Source: Batkoa obscura | Lineage: Eukaryota | Reading direction: 5' to 3' | DNA length: 64,000 bases | NCBI GenBank assembly: GCA_030770535.1 | Contig: JASVEC010000015.1 | Span: forward strand, 992,001-1,056,000 | Shown: positions 1-13,555 of the stretch, piece by piece | Numbering within the stretch: position 1 is the first letter of the stretch | How the letters are laid out: each line of letters begins with the position of its first letter | Notes under the pieces: model-generated | The model's input: only the letters and a program-made list of their open reading frames with translations | Database searches by the model: none | What the model was told of the DNA's origin: nothing | Made by a program: the position numbers and the translations under genes

Positions 1-1560
1 AACCAAAAATAACATGGACCACGTTTACAATATGTATTCTGGAGATTCTAATCTAACTTCCCCTATTAAATCTGATATTAGTCAAAATAATAATGTAACA
101 GAACAAGTAATTTTAATATAATTTAGGTTATTTAAGATAAATATTTATAACGAGCTATTAGATAAACAAAGATAGAGATATCTATCCAGTTGAAGAAAGA
201 AAACCTACCAATTTGGAATCAAGTTTAAAAAATTTAAATTTAAATAATAATATTGAAAATCCGAACAGTCATAGTCATATTGAAAAATGGTTACAGCAAA
301 CACCTGATTTTGATTATGATCATGATTTATTAAAGGTAAGATATCTTGTTTAGTAATGATGATATATTTTAACCAATTAACTAATTAGGAAGCTGGTATT
401 TCTTCACCCTCTGACTTACAAAGTATACTTTCAGGAAAATCAAAAGACAAAGAAAAGGAACAAGAAGAATCAGGCTCAGAGTCAAATGAATCTTCAAACG
501 AAGAAGAGCAAGAAGAATCCAATTATAATGAAATATCACCCGCCGTATCATCCAAATCACCAACTTTACCCAATAATGCGTTACATAACAACTCATTAGA
601 ATATAAATTCCCTGCTTTCATCCCAAAAACTGATAACCAATTAAAGAAACAGGTATCCTTTTCCCAAAATTTACCAGAAGTAAGATTGAATTCAATGGAT
701 AGACATTTATTTATTTATTTATTTTACAGGTTATTGGTACAAGTGAAATAGTAGAATCTGACAATGAATCTGAGGATGAGAATCAAATGTCACTTACTAA
801 AGTAATTTATTATTGTTTTATAATTTTTATAATATAATTAACACATAACAGAAAGCTTCATTATCTGCATCAAAATTGTTTAATAATGAAAAAAGGTAAA
901 GATATAACAGTAATTTAATAAAAAATAGCTAATACAATTAAATAGGAAAGTACCACCATCAAATAAAGCTAAAAATGGTACTGATAATAATAATAATGAC
1001 CATACCTTTAATATAGAAAATAACAAAAGCTATACAGTGGAACCGGATACCACAAATAACTATATAAGTAATGGTGATGACAGTACGATAACGGTACAAG
1101 GTAGTTTAAAGAAACAAGAGGGAGCGATCAAGCTATGGAAGAGTCGTTATTGTGTATTAAATGGGACAGATTTAAAGATTTATGATACATTTAAGTTAAA
1201 GAAATTGAAATTAAGTATAAATTTAAAGGGTTATAAACCAGTTTTAGACCCAAATCTTAATCCTGGAAAATATTGTTTTAAGCTAGTGCATCAACATAAT
1301 AAATCACATTATTTTTGCTCGGATGAAGCTGAGGAAATAAGAGCTTGGATGAAAGCTCTCATGAAAATTTCAATTGATAGGGATACAAATGGTAATAAGT
1401 TTTATTACATTATTAAATCTGTATTTAGTGCTTATCATTTACCATAGCTCCAGTAGTCACATCATGTACTGTTAACACAGTACCTCTACACGTAGCACGT
1501 AAATTAGCTCCAAGGCCACCATCAGCAATGTACTCAAATGGTGAAGAAGAAGAAGATTAA
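1..1560 (+). CDS. 3' part of a multi-exon PH-domain protein, Boi1/Boi2/Pob1-like polarity adaptor (5'-partial)
   Basis: ORF 1037-1447 encodes a PH domain (GSLKKQ..WKSRYCVL..YCFKL..WMKALMK). After an intron (~1392-1447) the last exon gives APVVTSCTVNTVPLHVARKLAPRPPS, resembling the Boi/Pob1 post-PH motif. Stop TAA at 1558-1560. Several upstream GT-AG introns. Confidence 0.7.
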
Positions 1561-2014
1561 GCTATAAGATTATTATTATATAAAAAAGGATCGCATTTTA
1601 ATATTCTTAATAACTAACCTAGTTATATATATTTTTATATTATATATAAAAAAGACATTTAATATTAATTTGTTTTAATGAGTCTCTTTTTTTCGCTATT
1701 TTATTTTATGGTTTTATTTTATGCCTAGAAAATAACCTCCCTCTCTCCTCTACTTGTCTCTCTCTTATTTTTAGCTTAGTAATTTTAATCTATTTTCCTA
1801 TTCTTTTCTATAAAGTAAATAGTTTCTATTTTATAACTTATTCCAACTTTTAATTTAAGATAAAAATTAAATTGAAACATTTGTCTAAAAACTAGTCAAT
1901 TAAAAGCAAATTTTAAGCTCCACTAATAAAACTCATTTAAAAGCCACATTTAAAAATAAAGTGAAAGATTTTATCATAGCTATAATAATATAATACAATA
2001 ATAATAATAATAAA

Positions 2015-3801
2015 ATGGGTTTTTGGACTAAAAAGATGTATTCAAGCCCTGGCAAACTAAAATATGAGAATCAAAGCCCTTTGTTTCTGCTAGGCAGTTC
2101 GCAGTCAAACAGCTTGATTTTAAAACAGAGTGAAGAGGCTCAGAAGGTGAAAGAAACAGAATTAGGGTAAGAGATTAATTTTTATTTTTGATTAAATAAG
2201 TGAGAAGGTATTTTTTTTTATAGCAGGAAGGACATAGACACCAGGACAGGAAAACTTGATAGTAAGGGGATGAATAATAAAGAAAAAGTAGAATTAGAAA
2301 CAATAGAAGATAAAAAAGAGAAAAATGAAGACGAAAAACCTAAAGTAAATACTAACGAAGAAAAGAGAGGAAATGAGATAAATAGAAGTGAAGAGAATGA
2401 AGGTAAATTATATTTCACTTTTAATCTATCAATTTAAAAAATGAAATAGATATACCAACCAAAGAAAGGATGAAATTAAAGAAAATAAAATCATTATTAA
2501 AAGATAGTCAACTAGATTTAGGTATTCGTTTTATTAGTGAATATATTTATGAATAACAATTTACAAAAGCGGAATTGAAAAAATTAACATGGAGTGGGAT
2601 ACCTTCAGAACATCGAAGTTTGATATGGAAGATACTAATGGGATATGCACCAACGTTAATTGAGCGTCGACAAGAAACAATTAATAGGAAGAGAAAAGAA
2701 TATTTTGATTATAGAAAGAGAATATTTATCAAACATAATGAGATCAATGAGATCAATGAGATGCACCTGGATGTTGAATTATGGCATCAAATTCAAATTG
2801 ACGTCCCTAGAACCTGTCCTGAATCCGAGCTTATTCAAGATAAAGTAATACAAAAAGTAAGAATTAATGCTTAGGTGTTTTTATTTGTTTTAATCACTGT
2901 TATTAGTTATTAGAAAGATTACTTTATATATGGTCCACTCGACATCCAGCATCAGGTTATGTTCAAGGGATCAATGATTTAGCCACCCCATTTATTATGG
3001 TTTTTATAGCAGATTATTTTAAAAATGGTATTGTTAGTAGTAGGCAACATGATATATATTAACGATTTTAGGTAAAAAAATCCAACCTGAAAGTTTAACT
3101 CAAGTACAGCTGGATGAAGTTGAAAGTGACGTATTTTGGTGTTTAAGTAAACTTTTGGATGGCATTCAAGTAAGTTCAATAGTGATTTCAAGATAAGCTG
3201 GCTTTATTTATTTTGTTTTTAGGATAATTTTACATCAGCTCAACGTGGTATTCAACGCCAGTTAGCCTTGTTGAAATATTTATTAATAAAAATTGATGGT
3301 AAAATAAATAACTGCCTATATTTTTTAACACTTGAAGTAATAAAGTATTGTATTTTAGTAAAACTAGCAAATCATCTTCAGAATGAACAGCTACATTACG
3401 TTCAGTTTGCGTTTCGATGGATGAACTGTTTACTGATGAGGGAGTTTCAATTAAATCAGATTATCCGTATCTGGGACACTTATTTAGTAAGTAGATAGGT
3501 ATATTTTAATAGTTCATTATTAATTGACATAGTCCGAAACACCTATTGGGTTTTCCCAGTTTCATGTATATGTTTGTGCAGCATTATTATCTCATTTTTC
3601 GAGTCAATTATTAAAGTTGGACTTTCAAGTAAATTTAAGTTACTATTAAATAGATAAAATTAACTTAGTTATTAGGAATTAATTATGTTTTTACAAAATT
3701 TACCTACAAAGCAATGGGATACTAAAGAAATTGAAGTGCTCCTCTCCCAAGCTTACCTATGGTGTACTATCTTCAACGATGCCCCTAATCATTTAATTTA
3801 A
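2015..3801 (+). CDS. GYP1: TBC-domain Rab GTPase-activating protein, Gyp1/TBC1D22 family (multi-exon)
   Basis: Exons encode WSGIP..R..IW, QIQIDVPRT, HPASGYVQGINDL, QFAFRWMNCLLMREF..IRIWDTY and LLSQAYLW. ATG 2015, stop 3799-3801. Confidence 0.85.
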
Positions 3802-3946
3802 TTTAATTTTTACTAAAGTTTAATATCGTTATCTATTATGTTTTTAGCTTTTGATTTTATTTAAGAATAAATTGTTATTTTGATAAACAACTATAGCTTT
3901 AAATTCCTTTAATTTTATTTATTTTTTACTTTTCATCTATAAAAAA

Positions 3947-5393
3947 ATGAAATCGAGAGCTCAGTTTTTAATAAAAAGTCAATCCTTTCAATATAGTATA
4001 AAAAGCAGCAAACTGCTGGAAAATGGTAACAAACTTTACAATACATAGTACAAATTTAGTTCTAACAATTCTCAGAAAGCATTCAACGTAGCACACAAAG
4101 GATCAAAGGGATGTATGATCTATATGGTCAAGATTATAAATTATATGACTCAATCATATCTCATTGCAAAAAAATAGTTCAACTATACGGTTATCAGGGT
4201 ATGAAAACACCAATATTAGAGCATAGCGAGCTTTTCAATCGAGGTTTAGGCCCCACATCTTCCGTGGTCATAGGGAAAGAACTATACACATTTAAAGATG
4301 AAAAAAACTCGATAGATTATACACTACGCCCAGAAGGTACAGCAAGTATTTTGAGGAGTATCAGCCAGAATAACCTATTACTGGAGAGTAGTCACAATAA
4401 TCTAAGGTTTTATTATCATGGTCCTTTCTTTCGTCATGAACGACCTCAGCGTGGCAGGAATAGACAATTTCATCAGTTTGGAGTAGAGCTTGTTGGACAA
4501 GGAGGATACAACTCAGATTTGAAGTTATTTTGATGGCAGAACAACTATTGAAAGAATTGGATATCAAAAGTGAGCTTCATATTAATAATTTGGGTGATGA
4601 GGTAGATAGAAAGAAGTATATTATTGAGTTGAAAAGATATTTAAGTGATAAAAGAGAAAAGTTGAGCGAATTATCCCAGCAAAAATTAGATAGAAATCCT
4701 ATTCGAATTTTTGATTCTAAAGATGAACGGGACCAAAGTATCTTATCAAATGGGCCCCAGTTAAATGAATATTTAAGTGGCGATAGTAAAGATAGATTCG
4801 AATTAATTAAAGAGAAATTGATAAAGTTTAATGTACCTTTTGTATTAAACCCTCATTTGGTTCGTGGTTTAGATTATTATCAAAATACAGTGTTTGAGTT
4901 TATTTCTAACGCAAGTGTATTAGGTAAATCTCAAGCTACTATTTTAGCAGGTGGGAGATATGATGGATTATTAAACAAAATCATGAATAATAGTAGTCCC
5001 ACTATTATTCCTAGTATTGGATTTGCATTGGGAGTTGAAAGGATCAGTTTATTATTAAAAGGAAAAAAACTAAAAGAGAAAGAAAGTGTACTATTAGTTG
5101 CTATTCACAAAGAAGCTATAACATTAACGAATCAGATGGCTATAGAGTTAAGGAAAATTGGAATACCTACCGTTGTAGAAACGAATTTCAATACTAATTT
5201 ATCAAAACTAACTAAGAAGTATACTAGTCTAAATAATGAGTTCAACAATATTAAGTATTTGTCTTATTTTGGAGAGGATGAAGTAAAGAATCAACAGTTT
5301 AAATTAAAAAATATTCTTAGTAAAGAACAAAGTTTATTAGACTTTCAAAGTTTTATTGAGTTTATTAAAAAAGATTTTACTAATAAAGACTGA
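3947..5393 (+). CDS. Bacterial-type histidyl-tRNA synthetase, probably mitochondrial; one 5' intron and an apparent 1-nt frameshift near 4520
   Basis: Motifs TPILE..ELF.R, KELYTF, LRPEGTA, FRHERPQRGR.RQFHQFGVE, LVRGLDYY and AGGRYDGL. Basic Ser-rich N-terminal exon from ATG 3947. ORFs 4111-4533 and 4530-5393 join only with one extra base. Confidence 0.85.
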
Positions 5394-5651
5394 GTTAAAA
5401 CCAATTTTTGTTTAAGCTTGTGCTATGTTATTTACTCTTTTAATATTAATATTTTATCTTTACTACCATTATGCTATTTATTTTGATATCATCATCATTA
5501 CTTTTTATTGTAAAACAATTCTTCCATTGATTCTGATTTTTTTATAAAATGTTGAAACTTAATTGGCTTACGAAAGAAAATCAAAAACCGAATTTTAAAA
5601 ATATCAAAAAATCGAAAGATAAACATAACAGTGTTTATTAAATACATTACA

Positions 5652-6920
5652 ATGGAAGTTCAAAAATTAAAAGAGGAAGGTTATGTATGGGAACAAACTG
5701 AAAGGGAGATCATAATAAAATTTATAGTAAGCAAAGAAATATTAAAGAGGAATTTGAAGGTTCAGATAGAAGCGAATACTATTCAAGCTAAGGTTAACGA
5801 TACTGAGTTGATAATAGAGGTAAATTAAAGAAAGGGTTATAATATGATTAAATTAATGCATTATTATTAGGGTAAACTTTATGCCAATATAAAGAAAGAA
5901 AAATCAGATTATAAGCTTGAGTGGATAGTAAATAAACACTTAAATGAAGAATATCAACAATGTAAAATAACGTTAGTGAAGGATGTGGAAGGGAGCAAAT
6001 GGCCATTGGTAATAACTTCAGGTATAAAATTGGGCCAAGAAGCGGATCCAAAAAGTATATTTTTGTTTGCGCAGTTAACAGAGGGAGTATTACCAGATAA
6101 AACAATGGAGCTTTATAAAAAATCAGCTGAGAAGGGGTACCTTTTAGCTCAGTTAAGGTTGGGAGATATCTTTGAGCTAGGAAATAAAGAAATGAAAAAA
6201 GAAAGTGATAAAGAGGAAGCTCTTAAATGGTTTCAGTTAGCAGCAGAAAAGAACTCATTAAGAGCTTTGTTTTATTGCACTAGTTATTATTTTAAATCGG
6301 ATTCAAAGCTTAGTTTACATTATGCTTTGATTACCTTTAATTTATTGAAAGAGAAAATTATTGAACCAAAACATATTGAAAAATTTGATGCTTATGGGGA
6401 GCCAGTAGTGATATCAGAAGAATTTAAAGCTAAAAATGAAGGGAAACTTATGGAGTTGAAAATTTATATCAACACTTGCTTTATAATAGCTACTTTATTT
6501 TTAGAAGGTAAAAACGGACTTCATTCTGACCCTATTAAAGCTTTATTTTATTGGAAAAAAGCAAGTTTATATAACCATGCTCCTTCCTGTTATGAATTAG
6601 CCCTTCTTTACAAGCAAGGTTTAGGCACTACGCAAAATTTATATCTCGCTGCCACTTATTTTTATAAAGCTTTTGATATCGATCCTAATTTTCTCGTACC
6701 TAACGATACTATTCCTAGAGAGCAATTAAATTTCGTAAAGAAAACTCAACTTGATGATGAAATCATAAAAGAGAATGTGATTGCTACTGATTCTCCTATT
6801 GCTAAAGATATTCCTAGTAATCAATCTACTTCAAATAATTCCATGCGTTGGGTAATAGGGTTATCTGCTGTAGCAGTACTTTCAATTGCGTTTATTACAT
6901 TAAGAAATAAACAACGATAA
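5652..6920 (+). CDS. CS (p23/NudC-like) domain + SEL1-repeat protein with C-terminal transmembrane anchor
   Basis: Exon 1 YVWEQT..EI is CS-like. Intron 5820-5870 keeps the frame into ORF 5976-6920, which has SEL1 repeats (AQLRLG..A.KWFQLAAE; A..YWKKAS..A...LA.LY..GLG). Hydrophobic tail WVIGLSAVAVLSIAFITL followed by RNKQR. Confidence 0.75.
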
Positions 6921-7058
6921 ATAAATCTCAGTAATATATAATAAAAAAATAAAATGAACAGTTATTGTTTTAATCATTTATTATTTATAAACTTATAAAA
7001 TAAATGTTAATAAAAACGAAAGTCATTGTAATTAAGATTATTAACAACATTTCGTTTA

Positions 7059-8015
7059 TCATCCATCCAAAGGACGATTGAACCCACCTTTCCTATTCAT
7101 ATATTGACGATATTGCCTTTGTTTTTTTACATGAGCCCCAGAAACATCTGCATCATCAACTTTTTTGCCCTAGTTTAGTAAGTAAAAAAATCAACATTAA
7201 ATAGTGTATTTTTTACCTTTGTAGTTTCAAAAGAACCTATTCCCATTAGTTTCATCATCAATTGTTCAGGTGTTAATTCAGCTAAAAGTATTATTAATCA
7301 AAGTTAAAAATTTGAGAAGCTAATCAATACCATCTGGGATTTTACTAAGATCCAACCTAAATAAAATTGATAAATAAATATCTTGCTAAGTAATATAGTC
7401 TACTCTTACTTTTCTTCTTCCTTTTTATCCTCTTTTTCCTCTTCTTCTTCTAAAAGATCAATTTAATTTTTTCAAAAGTAAAAATAAAATAAATTACCAT
7501 TCACCTCCAGTTCTTTTTTTTTTCCTTTCTTTTTATTCTTTTTGCGTGTAGCTTGCTCTTCTGGACTATTACTTCTAGAAGGCGATCGTCTTCTTCTACC
7601 TGGAGATCTTGACCTTCTATTTTCAATGCTCTTTGAACGTGATCTTCCTCTTCTATAAGGTGATCTTGCTCTTCTCCTATAATTAGGACTTCTTGAACGG
7701 GATCGACCCCCTCTATAAGGGGAACGGGAGCTCCTCCTTCTCCTTGGAGACACACCTCTTTTTTCTCCTCTTGAATAAGCTAAGTAATCTTCCATTTCAA
7801 GGGCATAGTCTTCAAATGATAAATTAATTGCTGAATTCCAATGCTTTATTTAAATGTTTACCATCTCTTGCTCCACTTCGCCTACCATACCTACTCCTAG
7901 ATCCTGATCTCTCCCTTGACCCCCATCTTCTTCGATCCCTTGATTCTCCTCTCTCTCTTGATCCATCTCTTCTTCGATCCCTTGAATCGCTTCTTTCTCT
8001 TGATTTTTCTCTCAT
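7059..8015 (-). CDS. SNRNP27: U4/U6.U5 tri-snRNP 27 kDa protein (RS-rich, multi-exon)
   Basis: RS-rich N-terminus; C-terminal exons read [33 protein letters not shown], the family signature. Confidence 0.85.
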
Positions 8016-8344
8016 ACTGAAATAAAATGAAAAAAATAAACTTTTAAAATTCAAATTCAAAGTCAAATATCTAAAAAAGTTCAAAGGTTTATAATACAGT
8101 ACAAAATTATACATGAATGAAGTAATGAAGTAAAAATATTACAAAAGAATACCAACATAATACTTAACGTAGTATAATAATATTATTAAAAATGTATAGT
8201 AAAAGCATAAAACTACAGGTTCTATAAATGCTAAGATAAAATTTTATTAATCATCCAATTTTTAGAGTAAACATAAAATTAAATTTCCAAAGGCTCGTTG
8301 AACTTTTCTAATTCTGCTCAATATCCCTCTCATTACTCTCTATT

Positions 8345-10487
8345 TTATTTATCCTCTTCGTCTTTACCTTGGTCCTCTTCTTTCTTTGCTGCATTACTTT
8401 CTTCTTTTTCTTCACCATTAGTTTCATTTTCAGCTGGATAGCCATAACTATATGAGCCATCATAGTGTCCTGAATAATCATATTGTTGACCAGAAGGAGC
8501 AGATTTGGCATTAGGATCAGTGCCATAATACTCGCTGCCATAGGCATAGGCATTAGATGCAGACTCTTCAATATTAGATTGACCATAAGCAGCTGAAGTT
8601 GCTTCACCCTCAGCAGTAGGATAAGCATAAGCAGAACCTTCACCTCCTTGGGGATATGAATAACCCATTGAGGCATAATAAGCAGCATAATAATCATTGT
8701 ACTGCTTCACGTAGGCCTCATAAGCAGCAACTGCTTCAGGGTCATTGGGATCTGGAGCCTGATAAGCTGGGTTACTGGCTGCTGCATTTGGATCTTCTTC
8801 CCCTTCGTTGTTACCTCCTTGCGCTCCATAGTTACCTCCTTCTGCTCCAGTACCTGGATACTTGTATTCACTGTTCTCATATCCTGGATATTGATATCCT
8901 GCTTCTCCTTGATATGCCGATTCAGCTCCTTGATAACTATATCCTGGATATTGTCCATAACTTCCACCACCATAGCCTGAGTTATATCCTGAATTTGCAT
9001 ACATTGGGTTTACATAGCGGCTACTAAAAAAGATTAATACTGTAACATCAAATAATATAATACACTTACTTATTATATGGCTAATTATTATAAGAAAATA
9101 AAAGATTAATATTAATAAATAATTCAAAAGGACTACATAGATGATATCCCTTTTTAAAAAATGGAAAACTTACTGCTGCTCCAACGTTAATTTTTTCGTT
9201 AATAAGGTTCTTAGCGTATTCGATGTTACTTTGAGTCCCTAACCATAAAAGTTAATATTAAAATAGACAAAAGAATAGTATTACCTGAGATATTAATAGT
9301 ACGGGTAGGAGGGGTTGGGGTAACGTCTGGCATTTCAATGAAAATTTTGGTCCTAGTCTGTTGCATTAAACCTTTGATAGTTTCACCACCTATTCCAAGA
9401 AATTAATACTTTTCAAAATGATTTAGCCAATCCAATACCTCTCCCAATGACTAGTCCTACTTTGTCTGTAGGAACTTGAATTGAAGATTTTTCGAATCCA
9501 TTTAAATTTTGATTGTTACCACCTCTTGGAGAAGTATACTCTCCATTAAGAATCTGAGTAATAAACTCTCTTGCTTTTCTAATGCATTCTTCAGTTCCTT
9601 GAATATTTATGAATTTTTCGTTTTTTAATATCTGTTCACTGGTTTGTTCCATAACTACGTTCATACGTGCTCCAGAAAATTCCATCAATTCACGGATAGT
9701 TTCTCCACCTCGCCCAATAACTAAACCCACCTTGTTATTTGGGACTGAGACTTGTTCTCGGCGTATATTAGATGGAACTCCTAACGTTTGTAAAATAGAA
9801 CTTGTTGGGGTATTCAAGTCGATAAATTTTTTCATATCAAAATCTGGACTTTGACTTGATACCACTAACTTATCGATCATCTCTTTACCCTTTCTAACTT
9901 GCTCTTTACTTCCGCTTAAATCACCTTTACCATACCTTTCACCATCTGTATTTTCTTCCCTTAAATTTAATGTTGCCCCACTGATATCCTGGATGTGTTT
10001 CAAGTACTCTAACTTATATTTAATAATGATTTTTAAGGTATTAATAGGTATTTCAAAATCTTGTGTAATTTTGTCCTCTGAGATCCCGGGTCCATAAGCT
10101 GATTTCATATAAGATGACCTACTTTGTTGGTCAGAACTACCTAAACCATATTTATTGTTATAACCTGTTTTGTTAATATATAAATTTAAAAATAAATTTA
10201 ATTTATATAGTAAGCTTACCTTCGTTATTAGAATATTGCCTTTTACTATCTCTTTCATACCCATAATCGTAATTTCTTGAGCTGCCTTCTGCTTTTTTGC
10301 CCTCGTCATTACTTAAGGTTCTCTTCCTACTATCAACATCTTCGTTAGGCATACCATGAGCCTCTTTAGCTTTAGCAGCGATGGCTCTAGCCTTAGCTAT
10401 TGCGTCCAAAAAGCTGGCATCCGTGTTCTTTGACTCACCCTTCGATAAAGAATCTGGTGGAGGAACTGCATGATATCCTTCACTCAT
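8345..10487 (-). CDS. KH-domain RNA-binding protein, FUBP/KSRP-like
   Basis: KH motifs VPNNKVGLVIGRGGETI and VPTDKVGLVIGRG(GETI); N-terminal FLDAIAKARAIAAK; Tyr/Gly/Ala-rich C-terminal tail; multi-exon. Confidence 0.8.
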
Positions 10488-11126
10488 CGTTTATTTTTTA
10501 AAGTTAATTGATTAACAATAATGTCTCAACTTAGGCTTCCTTAGTTTTTGAAATTTTATGTTCTGCCTCCTTTTATTGGCTCCTTACTTATTTTTCTTTC
10601 CTACTGTTCCCCATTTTTAAATCTCTTTTTAATATTTTATTGGTTCTTTTTTGCCTGTAATAGACTGAATCAATAAAAATTTTAAAAAACCTTAGTGCGA
10701 ATATTAACATAACGATATAGTATTGTCTATATTAGTTTAATATTAAAATTATTCATCTCTAAATAGAATATATTGTCGATATTACTATTAAATTATAAAA
10801 TAGAGTTTTTACAATATTTAAGAAAGGTATTTAAAGCAAATTCGTAGTTTCAAGGCAATCCAACATTTAAAATTTTTAAGAATAAGGCCAAATGATTATA
10901 AAATTTCACTACCAATCACACCTGAGTTTCTAATTTTTAAACTTAAGTTTAAAGTGAAAACCCGAAATTCAAGACGATCTAAAATAGACAAGTAAAAAGT
11001 AACAAAAGTCTTAAAATAGAAATAAAAAATTGGTTAAAAAACTCAAAATTAAATAATGATTGCTTTTATCTTAATATTCTTTCGCTTAATAAACAATAAT
11101 TATTTATCTTATTTAATAAAAAAACT

Positions 11127-12466
11127 ATGAAATATTTGAACTTGCAATCAGTGCTACGTACAAATGCAACGAACGTCTTACACAACAATTATAATCAACT
11201 AGAAAAAAAGAGTATGGAGTTAAAAGGAGTAACTGGTAATCAAGAATTAAAAGGGTTTGGGATTGGGCAAAATAAATGGAGTAAAGATAGTCATATAAAA
11301 ATAAATATACAATTAGATATAAACGATGTAATCAAAGCAGGAGATTTATTGAAGGGGACTATTCTATTAGAGTGTTTTACATGTGAATTCGTGCTTTTGG
11401 ATCTTAAAGTAGCTATTTTAGGTGTTGAAGGTATTATATTGTTATATATTCTGAATAAGTATTAATGTTGAACTTAATATAGAGATGATAGGAAAAATAT
11501 ATCCGACGACAAATAGCTTTTTACTAAGTTTAGCTAGTGTGATGGATCATGATAAATTAATATTAGAAAACTTTGACCGATATGGTTGTAAAAAGCCAAT
11601 TATTGAGTTTCCATTCGAATTACAAGTTGCCCAAGACATCCCTTCTTCTTTCAAGCATCCTTATGCTGCTATTCGATATTTTATATTTTGGTAAGAACTA
11701 TTTAATATATTAATTCATAATATAACAAAACACCTACTAATTACTTCATTAAGTCAGGCTAATATACGATATTTAAACACAGGAGTTGAAAAGTCGTTAT
11801 TTAATCAAATTGAAGTGAAAATAATTGAGAAATGCAATATTGAAAACAACCCAACAATTATTGGGGAATATTACAAAAAATACAAACCCTTTCATTTAAA
11901 TTTAAATGGATTTTCCTTTTCAGCAGTAATCCCTAATAAATACAACATAGCCGGATTTCCAATAAAATTAAGAATCAATGGTAGTAATACTAATAAGCTA
12001 AAAGTAAACTTCCATATCATAATAACATACGATAAATATCTTATTGTTTGTAGATCAAAGAAATTAAAGTACAATTAAACCGAAGTATTATATTACTAAA
12101 AAAGGACCTTATAAATGTTAATAAAATCATTTTTAAGAGGATTGAAGAAATCGACTATAAATCTAAACTATATTTAGATCAACTTAATAGTCCAGAATTC
12201 GACTTCAACTTATCTTTTGATATCCCAGTAATTTTGTTTTTATTTTATCTATACATTATTCATTCCATTAACTATAGCCACATGTCAAATCAATTTCTAA
12301 TAGCATATATTTTCAAGTTAACTATACTATCAGTATAAAAATAGGATTTAGCTATAAGTAAGTTCATTTATTTTTAGCTTCTAATTTAAAGTATTAATGA
12401 TTCTTTAGCTTTAAAGCCGTTTTAGAATTACCTTTAGTCATATTAAATCCGGCTTCTGTAGTTTAA
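11127..12466 (+). CDS. Arrestin-fold (alpha-arrestin-like) protein, multi-exon
   Basis: GDLLKGTILLE..L.V...GVE, EFPFELQV..DIPSSF......IRY, and terminal YFQVNYTISIK..LELPLVILNP; GT-AG introns between exons; stop 12464-12466. Confidence 0.6.
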
Positions 12467-12694
12467 ATTTTATTTTAATATAGACTTAAAAGTTATTAAT
12501 CAGTTTATTTTTATTGTTTTAAATTTACTAGAGTAGGCCTTTAATTTATAAAAAAAATAAAAAAGGTCATTTTATTGCCATTTATAATAAATGAATCTCT
12601 ATAATATAATATTAACTTACATTTCATTATTATTTTTAGTAATACAATATAAAAATATTAAGCAACAAAAATATATCTTTAATAAGAGAATCTA

Positions 12695-12767
12695 TGGAGA
12701 ACCCGGGCATCGATCCCGGTGCCTCTCGCATGCTAAGCGAGCGCTCTACCATCTGAGCTAGTTCCCC
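12695..12767 (-). tRNA. tRNA-Ala (anticodon AGC)
   Basis: Reverse complement GGGGAACTAGCTCAGATGGTAGAGCGCTCGCTTAGCATGCGAGAGGCACCGGGATCGATGCCCGGGTTCTCCA folds as a cloverleaf with G3:U70 and anticodon AGC. Confidence 0.97.
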
Positions 12768-13093
12768 TATCCGCTCAATAAAAAAAAAATATATTAATTG
12801 CAGATATTACAAAAACTACTGTGCTATAAGCACAGTATAAACATAGATAACAAACTATATTTAAATATGGGGATGTATTTTTGTATTTGAGAATTTTACT
12901 AACAATTTTCCCACTCAAAAGCGCTTAAAAGATGAAAAAAACAATGAAGCCAAAAAAAACATCCCTATATTTTTATCATCAAAGTGTAATCAAGACTATT
13001 TATATCTTCACTTGTATATATAGGTTAGTTTAAAAGCTTTATTTAATTTTTATTTAACTTAAATCTTTAGTAAAAATTATGTTTTTTATATAT

Positions 13094-13555
13094 TGTGAAA
13101 TCTGGTACTCAGGGTTTGGAGTCAAGAACAGCTATTGTTGGGTTGACTACACTATAAGTCGAAAGGTCTTAGTTTATGTGACTAAGATAGACTTGGATTA
13201 TGAGGAATAACACGTAATAGGTTACAAGCTATACAAGACAAATAGAATGGATAATACTAATGCAAAATCTATGTAAAACACTATTAAAAAAACTTAGTGA
13301 CTTTATTAAATGTCCGAGATGTCAGGAATAATTCAGCTAAAAAGCCTCAAGCTACTATACTCTGTAAACTCTTTTATACTCTGAAAAGTATAAATATCAA
13401 AATGAGAAGATAATATTCTTTGGGATGGAGCTAGAAATTCTCATAGTAAATCAAAATAAGAACGTGGGATTGATTTTCTCTAACTCGAGAACACAACAGC
13501 TTAGGCGATTGTTATGCTATAATTAACCATGGGACTGACAAAGCGATATTTCATA
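13094..13555 (+). mobile_element. Solo-LTR-like repeat (~460 bp)
   Basis: Starts TGTGAAAT and ends ATTTCATA (decayed ATTTCACA), flanked by ATAT on both sides; homologous over its whole length to 47282-47750 in opposite orientation. Confidence 0.65.

Noticed and set aside
7501..9854. Overlapping alternative-frame ORFs within SNRNP27 and the KH gene
   Set aside because: By-products of low-complexity RS- and Tyr/Gly-rich coding sequence.
13135..13200. Hammerhead ribozyme in the LTR-like repeat (stem followed by GAAA)
   Set aside because: No CUGANGA core at the required position in any of the three copies.
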